Source: a virus. From it: a DNA stretch of 33,875 nucleotides. Location of the stretch: the UHGV virus genome UHGV-1463555. The stretch is one strand, 5' to 3'. Shown one piece after another: positions 26,357 to 33,875 of this stretch (the first letter of the stretch is position 1; every line of letters begins with the position of its first letter). The translations under genes were made by a program, and so were the position numbers. The notes under the pieces are model-generated. The model was not told the origin of the DNA and did no database searches. It was given only the letters and a program-made list of their open reading frames with translations.

Positions 26357-27814
26357 ATGATAACTGTACGGGGAAGAGAATTGGTGATCCCGGTAGCAGA
26401 AAGACAGATAGGGACACAGTTCGATAACAATTCAGAAACCAGACAGTTTAAGATCAACCGCCTCACTGTAGGCGGTATTGACATATCTAACCTGGATTTT
26501 CGTATTGATCTGAGATACGGAAAGGAAACTAAGGATACTGACGTACTTGAAAAAGAAATAACAGATGAGCATGTGATATTGACATGGACCGTGAGTGCTG
26601 CAAGTGTACAGCAGATAGGCACGGTATGGATCGCTCTTCGTGGATCTGATGATTTTGGAACCATAAAGTGGGCAACGAATCAGGGGTTTTTGTATGTTGG
26701 AAAGACTATAAACACGCCAGATGGTGCACAAATGGCGCTTTCTGAACTGGAAAAACTGGAAAAACGGATTGACCAGAAGACTGAATCAATGGATGCTGCG
26801 GAAAGCAGCAGGGTGGAAGCAGAAAAGATCCGCCAGGAAAATGAATCAGCCAGGCTGAAAAATGAAGCAGAGTGGCAGAAGCAGGGTGAAGCTGCGGTAG
26901 AAGCGGCTAAGACAGCGACCGCAGCGAAGAGTGCAGCCAGTGCTAGTGCAGAGGCAGCGGCCGAAAGTGCTGGAACAGCTGGTAGCGCAGCGCAGACAGC
27001 AACAGAAGCTGCCAGTGCAGCCAGTGCCAGTGCAGAGGCGGCATCTGGAAGCGCAGAAACAGCCAGTAGTGCGGCACAGACAGCGACCGCAGCGAAGAGT
27101 GCAGCCAGTGCCAGTGCAGAGGCGGCATCCGGAAGTGCTGGAACAGCCAGTAGTGCGGCACAGACAGCGACCGCAGCCCAAAGTGCAGCCAGCACCAGTG
27201 CAGAGGCGGCAGCTGGAAGCGCAGAGACAGCTAGTAGTGCAGCTCAGACAGCTACCCAAAAAGCATCAGAGGCTAGTAGCAGTGCATCCGCAGCAGCATC
27301 AGATGCAAATGAAGTGAAAGAGCTGATACAGGGATTGGGCGGATTTAACGGAAAAGCATCGTCTGTATCAGCTGTGGATTCTTTAGGATTATTAGGTACG
27401 GAAAATGCGACAAGTACGGTCCAGGCGTTGATCGATGTGATAGCGGATAAGGTGCTAAATCAGCTGTTATCAAGAAGTAATGTGGTAAACAATGCATTAA
27501 CCACGGAAGAAGGCTATGCACTGGATGCACGTATGGGAAAGTCCTTGCAGGATCAGATCACCGCTCAAAATAGTAATATTGAGAAGGTAAAAATAAAGAA
27601 GATGTCGTTTACCGCTACTGTTGATCAATGGTCACAGATACAGTTAGTCCCTCAAGAAAAAATGATACTATTTGCGATTTCACCCAATTGGTTATTGATT
27701 CATCAGGGGGCAGGCTCATTTAGGGTATTCGGAAATCTTAGTTCTAAACAACTAAACATAATCTCAAGTGGGACTGTAGTAAACGGAACACTTTTTTATC
27801 TTGATTCAGATTGA
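26357..27814 (+). CDS. Tail fibre or receptor-binding protein with A/S/T-rich 27-aa tandem repeats. Its last ~80 aa form a switchable C-terminal cassette.
   Basis: The N-terminal domain is followed by four to five copies of 'KSAASASAEAASGSA(E/G)TASSAAQTATAA'. Then comes 'NNALTTEEGYALDARMGKSLQDQI', a motif common in Gram-positive phage fibres. The junction repeat (QNSNI) is at 27569..27577. Confidence 0.7.
   Translation: MITVRGRELVIPVAERQIGTQFDNNSETRQFKINRLTVGGIDISNLDFRIDLRYGKETKDTDVLEKEITDEHVILTWTVSAASVQQIGTVWIALRGSDDFGTIKWATNQGFLYVGKTINTPDGAQMALSELEKLEKRIDQKTESMDAAESSRVEAEKIRQENESARLKNEAEWQKQGEAAVEAAKTATAAKSAASASAEAAAESAGTAGSAAQTATEAASAASASAEAASGSAETASSAAQTATAAKSAASASAEAASGSAGTASSAAQTATAAQSAASTSAEAAAGSAETASSAAQTATQKASEASSSASAAASDANEVKELIQGLGGFNGKASSVSAVDSLGLLGTENATSTVQALIDVIADKVLNQLLSRSNVVNNALTTEEGYALDARMGKSLQDQITAQNSNIEKVKIKKMSFTATVDQWSQIQLVPQEKMILFAISPNWLLIHQGAGSFRVFGNLSSKQLNIISSGTVVNGTLFYLDSD
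26905..27250 (+). repeat. An ~81-bp tandem coding repeat (about 4 copies) in the fibre gene.
   Basis: Repeated block aagagtgcagccagtgccagtgcagaggcggcatcYggaagYgc...agtagtgcggcacagacagcgaccgcagc. It produces the spurious overlapping ORFs at 26680..27317 on both strands. Confidence 0.75.
27569..27577 (+). repeat. Junction repeat copy 3 (aatagtaat, in-frame N-S-N; a degenerate 9 of 13 match) inside the fibre gene.
   Basis: caaaatagtaatatt against tgcaatagtaattta. It lies in the same codon phase as the other three copies. Confidence 0.6.
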
Positions 27815-27882
27815 GTTATCTTTACCAAAGACATATATTGGACAGCCATGGAACCGTAAATGATCAATTTAGTTATTAGAAA

Positions 27883-28047
27883 ATGAATAAAATACTGCAA
27901 TATTTGATAGATGTCTCGTCCACACCGCATGTATATCGTTTGGATAATGATACAAACGGAGCGGTATCAATAGATCCAGATACAAAGATTGCGACCATAA
28001 CATATTGTAGTTTTTATCATACAGGTGTTATTTTTAAGCTAGTTTAA
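27883..28047 (+). CDS. Small ORF (54 aa) between the fibre gene and the minus-strand cassette. Uncertain.
   Basis: Reads MNKILQYLIDVSSTPHVYRLDNDTNGAVSIDPDTKIATITYCSFYHTGVIFKLV. It overlaps the 3' end of the minus-strand cassette convergently. Confidence 0.25.
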   Translation: MNKILQYLIDVSSTPHVYRLDNDTNGAVSIDPDTKIATITYCSFYHTGVIFKLV

Positions 28048-28337
28048 ATTGATTATTTTTCACGACAACAAGGTAACTAATATAAAAGGAATAATCGGAA
28101 CCAACTGGCGATGTTGTATACGTCTTAAAAGTGGCACCATTATTTTTAATGCTCATTACTTTACAGCCAGCTCCTACATACCCTTGCCCGCCGCATAATG
28201 TCGCAATAACAATAGGATCAGTATAACTTTTTTGAAAACTAATAGATGTGTTGACTTCTTTTGACGATGGATTTATCGGAATTGCGTCAGTTACGCCAAC
28301 TTCTGCGATTTTTATTAAACTGTTTAAATTACTATTG
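28034..28337 (-). other. Start-less minus-strand cassette (B-). Alternative C-terminal domain for the 26357 fibre after inversion between 27569..27577 and 28325..28337.
   Basis: The minus frame is open for 118 codons (28390 down to 28037) and the first in-frame ATG is deep inside. It encodes ...FFFWFAYNSNLNSLIKIAEVGVTDAIPINPSSKEVNTSISFQKSYTDPIVIATLCGGQGYVGAGCKVMSIKNNGATFKTYTTSPVGSDYSFYISYLVVVKNNQFKLA. It begins with the junction repeat in the same codon phase. Confidence 0.55.
28325..28337 (-). repeat. Junction repeat copy 4 (inverted). Together with 6 flanking bases it forms a 16-mer identical to 10287..10302.
   Basis: The plus strand reads taaattactattg. The minus strand reads caatagtaatttaaac, preceded by ctggttt as at 10271. 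Confidence 0.8.
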
Positions 28338-28374
28338 TAAGCAAACCAGAAAAAGAAAGGAAAGGTGAATAAAT

Positions 28375-28638
28375 ATGAGCAATGCTGAATTTATTCGCAT
28401 TTCTAAAGAAAAGGTATGTGCTTATACCAATGAGCACATGGATAAGACAGATAAGAAAAAAATCACAGTAGATGATGTGTATGTGGTTTGGTGCTGCAAG
28501 ACATTACAGAACCACAAAGCATTATTAAGCACTACCGCTCCGGATGGAATGTATTATGAGTTTACATATAATGGGGACAAAGATGAACTTTATATGGATG
28601 CTTATAAAAAATGGGAAAATATTTGTTACAAAATGTAA
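28375..28638 (+). CDS. Hypothetical protein.
   Basis: ORF of 87 aa with SD aaaggtgaataaatATG. Confidence 0.5.
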   Translation: MSNAEFIRISKEKVCAYTNEHMDKTDKKKITVDDVYVVWCCKTLQNHKALLSTTAPDGMYYEFTYNGDKDELYMDAYKKWENICYKM

Positions 28639-28653
28639 GGAGAGAGAAAAATT

Positions 28654-28977
28654 ATGAAGAAAGCAATGCTTAGTCAGCCAATGGCTGGAAAAACAGATGA
28701 AGAGATTATTGCAACTAGGGAACAGGCAATCAAGGCCCTGGAAGCCAAAGGCTATGAAATTGTAAACACCTTGTTTACTGATGAATGGTACAGCAATGAA
28801 AAGATGAAAGAACGTGGAGTGGTACAGATTCCTCTTTGCTTTCTTGCTAAAAGTCTGGAAAATATGTCACTTTGTCATGCAGCTTATTTCTGCAAGGGTT
28901 GGGAAAATGCCAGAGGGTGCCGGATTGAGCATGATGCAGCAGTAGCTTATGGGTTAGATGTGATTTACGAAGCGTAA
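28654..28977 (+). CDS. Hypothetical protein. Faint resemblance to DUF4406 / nucleoside-deoxyribosyltransferase-like phage proteins.
   Basis: The 107-aa protein starts 'MLSQPMAGKTDEEI...EQAIKALEAKGYEIVN'. SD ggagagagaaaaattATG. Confidence 0.45.
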   Translation: MKKAMLSQPMAGKTDEEIIATREQAIKALEAKGYEIVNTLFTDEWYSNEKMKERGVVQIPLCFLAKSLENMSLCHAAYFCKGWENARGCRIEHDAAVAYGLDVIYEA

Positions 28978-28992
28978 GTTAAAGGAGAAAAA

Positions 28993-29397
28993 ATGAACAA
29001 AGACAAAATTGTTTTAAAAAATGAAACAGCTGTTGAACTGGAAGCAGCTGCCAGTCTTGAAAACATGAAAGCTGTATTCGAAGATATGACAGCAGTAGAT
29101 CAGTTTTGGAAGAGATGCACAGATGAGAACATGTCTGAGGTGCGGATCCTGAATGGTGAAGGCTTGACCGTAGGTACATACAAAGATATGTGTCTGATGT
29201 CACCGGCGTTTACTTTGGACAAAACCGAAGATGGAAAGATCATGGCAACATTTGGTATTCGTGAGCTGACAGATATCGAAAAACTGAAAGCACAGGTTTC
29301 CGCTAATACCGAAACACTAGCAGTCCATGATGGAGCTATTGGAGATATGGGTGCAGTAATGAGTGCCATGGCAGACCAGGAAGGAGTGACATCATAA
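28993..29397 (+). CDS. Hypothetical protein.
   Basis: ORF of 134 aa with SD aaggagaaaaaATG. Confidence 0.5.
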   Translation: MNKDKIVLKNETAVELEAAASLENMKAVFEDMTAVDQFWKRCTDENMSEVRILNGEGLTVGTYKDMCLMSPAFTLDKTEDGKIMATFGIRELTDIEKLKAQVSANTETLAVHDGAIGDMGAVMSAMADQEGVTS

Positions 29398-29521
29398 TGG
29401 GCAGGTATTATGGATTAAAAATCAGATCCGGAGAAATGACACTGGAGCAGGTGCCAAAACTTTGGAAAACAGTAACAGAAAAGTGGTTAAAGGAAAATCT
29501 AGAGAAAAGTGAGTGAGGTAA

Positions 29522-29968
29522 ATGAAGTTGGAAAGATTTAAAGCAATATTTATCACTATAATGAGTGCAGCATTTGCCTATCTTGGAGTATTGGCAGTAC
29601 CGGTGTTTGCTCTCGTAGCACTGAATTTTACTGATTATATAACCGGAATAGTTGCATCGAAGTATCGTCAGGAACATGTGACAAGCTACAAGGGGATTCG
29701 AGGCATTTGTAAAAAAATCGGAATGTGGATCCTGATCGGTGTAGGATGGCTCATGGATAGGATGATCATATATGCAGGACAATATATAGGGTTGGACATA
29801 AAAATACCGTTTGTGATTGCTACCGTAGTAGCTGTTTGGCTTATTTGCAATGAGATCATATCCATCCTAGAGAATTTACTTGATATTGGTGTTGCTATGC
29901 CTCCGTTCCTGATGCCGCTTGCAAAAGCAATTAAAGGTCAGGTCGAAGACAAAACAAAATTGGAGTGA
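29522..29968 (+). CDS. Holin (multi-TM phage_holin_4 / LL-H-like).
   Basis: The 148-aa protein has three or four hydrophobic spans (AAFAYLGVLAVPVFALVAL, IGMWILIGVGWLM and VIATVVAVWLICNEII) and a charged C-terminus. It lies immediately upstream of the endolysin. Confidence 0.75.
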   Translation: MKLERFKAIFITIMSAAFAYLGVLAVPVFALVALNFTDYITGIVASKYRQEHVTSYKGIRGICKKIGMWILIGVGWLMDRMIIYAGQYIGLDIKIPFVIATVVAVWLICNEIISILENLLDIGVAMPPFLMPLAKAIKGQVEDKTKLE

Positions 29969-29978
29969 CACATCTTTA

Positions 29979-30004
29979 GGCTTAGGATATCCTAAGCCTT
30001 TTTT
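29979..30004 (+). terminator. Hairpin plus T-run between holin and endolysin (attenuator or terminator).
   Basis: ggcttagga-tat-cctaagcc followed by tttttt. Confidence 0.55.
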
Positions 30005-30018
30005 AATAGGAGGTACAC

Positions 30019-30762
30019 ATGAAAATTTCAGAGAATGGTTTGAAACTGATAAGAAGCTTTGAAGGATGCAGATTAGAAGCTTATAAGTGCCCGGCAGGAG
30101 TATGGACCATTGGTTGGGGACACACAGGAAATGTAAAAGCAGGTCAGAGGATTACACAGGCAGAGGCAGATAGGATGTTGACGGATGATATGGGACCATA
30201 TGAGCGCAATGTAGACAAATATGGAACGAAATACATGTGGAATCAAAATGAATTTGATGCCCTGGTATCATTTGCATACAATGTAGGATCTATAGATCAG
30301 TTGACAGCAAAAGGAACCAGATCGCGGGCTGAGATATCAGAAAAGATCCTGGCATATAACCGCGGTGGTGGTAAGATTTTGGCTGGCCTGACCAGAAGAA
30401 GACAGGCAGAACAGAAGCTATTTTTAACTCCAATAAGCGAACAAAAGAAAAAAGGATGGCAGCAAGAGGATGGAGATTGGAAGTATTACCTCGGAAGCGG
30501 GGAGCCTGTAAGAAATGACTGGTATTGGTACGATGATAAATGGTACTGGTTTGATGGTGCAGGAAGAATGGTCAAGAATACCTGGTATAAATACAAAGAT
30601 AAATGGTATTACCTTGGCGCGGATGGAGCTATGCTGACCGGTCAGCAAACCATTGATGGGAAATGGTACGTGCTGAATGAAGATGGAGCTATGGTTACAG
30701 ACCCGGTAACTTTAACCCCTGACCAGGATGGAGCGCTTACCTGGCCGGGACTGAAAGAGTAG
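30019..30762 (+). CDS. Endolysin. An N-terminal GH24 (T4-type) lysozyme is fused to C-terminal cell-wall-binding (choline-binding-type) repeats.
   Basis: 'LIRSFEGCRLEAYKCPAGVWTIGWGHT' matches the GH24 catalytic motif (E...TIGYGHT). The C-terminus carries repeated 'WYYLGADGAMLTGQQTIDGKWYVLNEDGAMV' and 'WYWYDDKWYWFDGAGRMV' units. Confidence 0.9.
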   Translation: MKISENGLKLIRSFEGCRLEAYKCPAGVWTIGWGHTGNVKAGQRITQAEADRMLTDDMGPYERNVDKYGTKYMWNQNEFDALVSFAYNVGSIDQLTAKGTRSRAEISEKILAYNRGGGKILAGLTRRRQAEQKLFLTPISEQKKKGWQQEDGDWKYYLGSGEPVRNDWYWYDDKWYWFDGAGRMVKNTWYKYKDKWYYLGADGAMLTGQQTIDGKWYVLNEDGAMVTDPVTLTPDQDGALTWPGLKE

Positions 30763-30770
30763 GTGCTTAT

Positions 30771-31142
30771 ATGACAGTAAACGATTTGATTAGTGATATC
30801 ACATCTTTAAGAGGGCAGCAGTATGGTACAGACATGATCATGGGATGGATCAATGAAATTGAGGGACAGGTCATTGAAGAAGTAATCAACCGGGCGGAAG
30901 GATATGATCTGGAATTTATTCCAATGGAATATGAAAAAGACCAGGATAAAAAATTAAGTATTCCGGATCGGTTCAAGGATGTCTATGTTAATTATCTGCT
31001 TTCAAAGATTGATTATCACAATGAAGAAACTGAACGCTATAACAATGACGTTGTAATGTACAACTCCGCTTATGATGCATATGCTGCATGGTTCAGGCGC
31101 TGCAATCGGGCAAAAAAAGCACCATTATTTTCCAAATTTTAA
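30771..31142 (+). CDS. Hypothetical (structural?) protein.
   Basis: ORF of 123 aa. Its SD overlaps the end of the endolysin gene. Confidence 0.45.
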   Translation: MTVNDLISDITSLRGQQYGTDMIMGWINEIEGQVIEEVINRAEGYDLEFIPMEYEKDQDKKLSIPDRFKDVYVNYLLSKIDYHNEETERYNNDVVMYNSAYDAYAAWFRRCNRAKKAPLFSKF

Positions 31143-31154
31143 GGAGGAGCTTTA

Positions 31155-32723
31155 ATGGGACGATTACCAATGCTGACAATGACACCGAGAGGGGACAGCA
31201 AACAGATAGGATCCTTTGGGGGACTGAACCAAGGTCTTGTAATTGGAGAAAATGAGTTTTCGGACATGAAAAACATGTCTTCAGATGTTTTCCCGGCGAT
31301 AGCGGTCAGAAAGCCAAGAGGAGAAATCCTGAAAAGTTTATCAAAACCTCATGGGATAATTTATAAAAATGGTTTGGCCTATGTGGATGGGACAAAGCTG
31401 TATTACAAAGATAAAGAAATTGCAACAGTCCAGGATACAGACAAGCAGCTGGTGAGTTTGGGAGCCTATATTGTGGTATTCCCGGATAAAATTATGTATA
31501 ACACATCCACTGGAGAAAAGACAGCATTAGAGGCTTCCTGGAGCCAGGCTGCAACAGCAACATTTGCACAGACGACAACCGGAAGTACCATGGTAAAGAT
31601 TAGTTGTACCGGAATCGGAAAGCAATTTAATCAGTTTGACGGTGTGGAAATATCCGGTTGTACAAACAGTAGCTTTAACAAGACTACGGTGATTCAGGAA
31701 AAAGCAGATGACTACATTGTGATCATAGGTGATCTATCATCCAGCTTTACTCAGGAATCTGGGCTAAAGCTTACCAGAAAAGTACCGGATATGGATTATA
31801 TTTGTGAGAATGGCAACCGCTTGTGGGGTTGCTCCAGCGCAAATCATGAGGTATATGCAAGCAAGCTGGGAGATCCAACAAACTGGAATGCGTTTGAAGG
31901 GATCAGTACAGATTCGTATGCGGCTACAGTTGGATCAGATGGAGATTTTACAGGCTGCCTGTCTCATATGGGATATGTGCTGTTTTTCAAGGAAGATACG
32001 ATCCATAAGGTTTATGGAGATAAACCAAGTAATTTTCAGATCAATACATCATTCCCGGTCAGAGGTGTTGCAAAAGGGTGTGAGAAGACAGCATGTGTTG
32101 TAAATGAAACATTATTGTATGTGTCCAGGAGCAATGTATGCAGTTTTGACGGAGCGTATCCGGAATCTGTATCGGATGCACTGGCAGAGGTACGGTTTCA
32201 GGGCGGTGTGGCTGGTCAGCATAACGGAAAATACTATGCATCGTTACAGGATGTATCAGGGCAGTGGAATATCTATGTGTATGATTTAAAAAAGGGTATG
32301 TGGCACAAAGAAGATGATATGCAGGCTTTGTTTATGGCATACGGTGAAGGACAGCTATACTGTGTTGATTCCACAGGAAAACTTTTTACAATCAGCGGTT
32401 CAAGGGATGAGCAGATAGAGTGGATGCTAGAGAGCGGAGACCAGTTGGATGGAAGTGTGGAGTATAAGTTCTTAAAAAGACTGCTTTTTAACTTGAAACT
32501 GGATCCTGGAAGTGAAGTGGACGTATTTATAAAATGTGACAGTGAACCAGAGTTTGAAAAGAAAATTTCTTTTACTTCTCAGGGATATAGAACGCAGGTG
32601 CTTAATATAACCCCAGCCAGATGCCAGAGATACCGGTTCCGCCTGGAAGGGAAAGGACCGGCTGTTCTGATTGCCATGAGTAAATATATAGGATATGGGA
32701 GTGATATTCATGGCAGTATTTAA
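31155..32723 (+). CDS. Large structural protein (tail/adaptor candidate).
   Basis: The 522-aa protein has SD aaggaggagctttaATG. It overlaps the downstream fibre gene by 29 nt. No motif could be named. Confidence 0.5.
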   Translation: MGRLPMLTMTPRGDSKQIGSFGGLNQGLVIGENEFSDMKNMSSDVFPAIAVRKPRGEILKSLSKPHGIIYKNGLAYVDGTKLYYKDKEIATVQDTDKQLVSLGAYIVVFPDKIMYNTSTGEKTALEASWSQAATATFAQTTTGSTMVKISCTGIGKQFNQFDGVEISGCTNSSFNKTTVIQEKADDYIVIIGDLSSSFTQESGLKLTRKVPDMDYICENGNRLWGCSSANHEVYASKLGDPTNWNAFEGISTDSYAATVGSDGDFTGCLSHMGYVLFFKEDTIHKVYGDKPSNFQINTSFPVRGVAKGCEKTACVVNETLLYVSRSNVCSFDGAYPESVSDALAEVRFQGGVAGQHNGKYYASLQDVSGQWNIYVYDLKKGMWHKEDDMQALFMAYGEGQLYCVDSTGKLFTISGSRDEQIEWMLESGDQLDGSVEYKFLKRLLFNLKLDPGSEVDVFIKCDSEPEFEKKISFTSQGYRTQVLNITPARCQRYRFRLEGKGPAVLIAMSKYIGYGSDIHGSI

Positions 32724-33663
32724 ACCCATGATCATCCAGAAAAATGAAACTGACATAGGAAAAGTTGTACGGCAGTTATACCGGTTTAGTGAGGATCTCA
32801 AATATACGATTTCAAATTTGAGCCTGGAAGATAACATTTCAAATGATGTTTTAAATTCTATTACGGATAGAAACAACAAAGTAAGAAAAATCCAGTTTTC
32901 AACGGATGCGCTGAACATTGAATATGATGATTATGCCTCATCTGTACAAACTAAGTTATCCCAGTCTTCTGCAAGTATTCAGTTGTTGGTAGCAACAGGA
33001 AACGTTGTTAATGAAATGCTTACCAGAATGGAGATGTATGGGGAATATATCCGACTAACTAGCGGACACCTGATTATCGATGCCCAAAATATGAAGTTAG
33101 ATAAGCCTGGAAATGCATATTTTTCTGGAAATATAACGGGTGGATCTATCAATATCAACAATCGTTTTGCAGTATCTCCTTCCGGAGATGTGTACATAGA
33201 TGATGCACTGACTACAACTACCTTAAATCCTGCTAAAGCTATCGTGGCTGCTAATATGGAAATTTACAATGATAATGATTATATCAACGTGATCGGAAAA
33301 ACAGCTACATGCAGCGAACTTTATGTATCTGAAAATCTGACCTGCCGGAAGGTGCGGTATACATCAGACAAAAGGAAAAAACAATGCATTAAAGATATTG
33401 AGAAAGTGGATTTTGCTGAACTGATACCGGTATCGTATTCTTTTCGAGATTCAGGCAATAGGGCGATAGGATATATTGCACAGGACATCTATCTGACACA
33501 GGAGAATGGAGAAAATGCTTTAGGGGTAAATCGGTCGGGTAAATATTTAGAACTGCCGTATGTGGCTTACAGCGCTTTGTATGCAAAAGGAATACAGGAG
33601 AATCAGAAAAGAATAAACAAATTAAAAGAGCAGATCAAGAAGGTGAGAGATGTCAAGCTTTAA
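32695..33663 (+). CDS. Tail fibre protein with a C-terminal S74-type intramolecular chaperone domain.
   Basis: The 322-aa protein contains 'GNITGGSININNRFAVSPSGDV' and 'SDKRKKQCIKDIEKV...IGYIAQDIY'. It is paralogous to the gene that wraps around the window ends. Confidence 0.7.
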   Translation: MGVIFMAVFKPMIIQKNETDIGKVVRQLYRFSEDLKYTISNLSLEDNISNDVLNSITDRNNKVRKIQFSTDALNIEYDDYASSVQTKLSQSSASIQLLVATGNVVNEMLTRMEMYGEYIRLTSGHLIIDAQNMKLDKPGNAYFSGNITGGSININNRFAVSPSGDVYIDDALTTTTLNPAKAIVAANMEIYNDNDYINVIGKTATCSELYVSENLTCRKVRYTSDKRKKQCIKDIEKVDFAELIPVSYSFRDSGNRAIGYIAQDIYLTQENGENALGVNRSGKYLELPYVAYSALYAKGIQENQKRINKLKEQIKKVRDVKL

Positions 33664-33875
33664 TATGCCTGCGTTAGGTGGGCAAGATCAAAATATGAAA
33701 AAAGTTTATAACTATATCCAAATGTTGAATGAACAGCTTAGATATAGCTTGAGCAATATAACTCCGGAAGACAATTTTACAAAAGATTCTTTTCTTAAGT
33801 ACCAGGAAACAGATGAATCCATTAGTCAATTGGAAGTAACTATGAATGGATTTATCAGCCAGTTTACCAATCTGA
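33650..33875 (+). CDS. N-terminal part of a second tail-fibre paralogue. It runs off the window end and is continuous in frame with 1..716.
   Basis: The ATG at 33650 overlaps the upstream stop. MSSFNMPALGGQDQNMKKVYNYIQMLNEQLRYSLSNITPEDNF... parallels the N-terminus of 32695 (KVVRQLYRFSEDLKYTISNLSLEDNIS). There are 75 codons plus 1 nt to the end of the window. Confidence 0.65.
   Translation, partial: MSSFNMPALGGQDQNMKKVYNYIQMLNEQLRYSLSNITPEDNFTKDSFLKYQETDESISQLEVTMNGFISQFTNL

Noticed and set aside
26680-27317. Several 70-170-aa ORFs on both strands over the fibre repeat region
   Set aside because: They are artefacts of the GC-rich 81-bp tandem repeat (alternative frames of GCA/GCC-rich DNA). 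The sense frame is the fibre gene.
27815-27900. Search for a full-length 13-bp plus-strand partner of the 28325 repeat just downstream of the fibre stop
   Set aside because: Only a partial match (tgcaatatttgata) is present there. The in-frame partner is the degenerate copy inside the gene at 27569..27577, which fits the Mu-like constant/variable arrangement better.
29408-29782. A 124-aa minus-strand ORF overlapping the holin gene and the preceding gene
   Set aside because: It is antisense to a holin with clear TM segments. Its product is Cys/Tyr/Ser-rich and nonsensical.
1-33875. CRISPR array, tRNA genes, diversity-generating retroelement
   Set aside because: No regularly spaced direct repeats with unique spacers were found. 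No cloverleaf-like sequences were found in intergenic gaps. No ORF has reverse-transcriptase motifs (YxDD). The fibre variability here is explained by inversion repeats instead.

Overview
The window reads as one almost entirely plus-strand temperate phage (or phage-like element) of a low-GC Gram-positive, probably Clostridia-type, host. It contains no rRNA, tRNA or CRISPR array. The gene order is as follows. A tail-fibre gene is split across the two ends of the window. It is followed by a Q/N/Y-rich protein and a giant 2,688-aa multidomain protein with an HExxH motif. Next comes a minus-strand large serine integrase, then a cluster of small early genes, many of them Zn-ribbon proteins, separated by repeated junction motifs and a block of four 10-bp iterons. 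A small serine recombinase of the resolvase/invertase family, a tyrosine recombinase and an HUH rolling-circle Rep follow. The packaging and head module is terminase small and large subunits, portal, a Prp-like cysteine protease, scaffold and an HK97-like major capsid protein. After that come a tail fibre with 81-bp A/S/T tandem repeats, small ORFs, holin, a GH24 endolysin with cell-wall-binding repeats, a 522-aa structural protein and two tandem tail-fibre paralogues with S74 chaperone domains. No tail tube or tape-measure gene is present, so the virion is probably short-tailed. The last ORF (33650..33875) joins in frame with the first ORF (1..716) to give a full-length paralogue of the neighbouring tail-fibre gene, so the 33,875-bp window is probably a complete, arbitrarily linearised circular genome. 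The most unusual signal is a candidate DNA-inversion (Mu G-segment or shufflon-like) host-range switch. A 9-16-bp repeat encoding N-S-N(-L) occurs four times, always in frame, as two inverted pairs. Each pair brackets convergent, start-less alternative C-terminal cassettes. One pair is at the 3' end of the repeat-rich tail-fibre gene (27569..28337). The other lies immediately after the TAG-GAA-TAG stop of the giant gene (10246..10912). The cassettes are homologous between the two loci.
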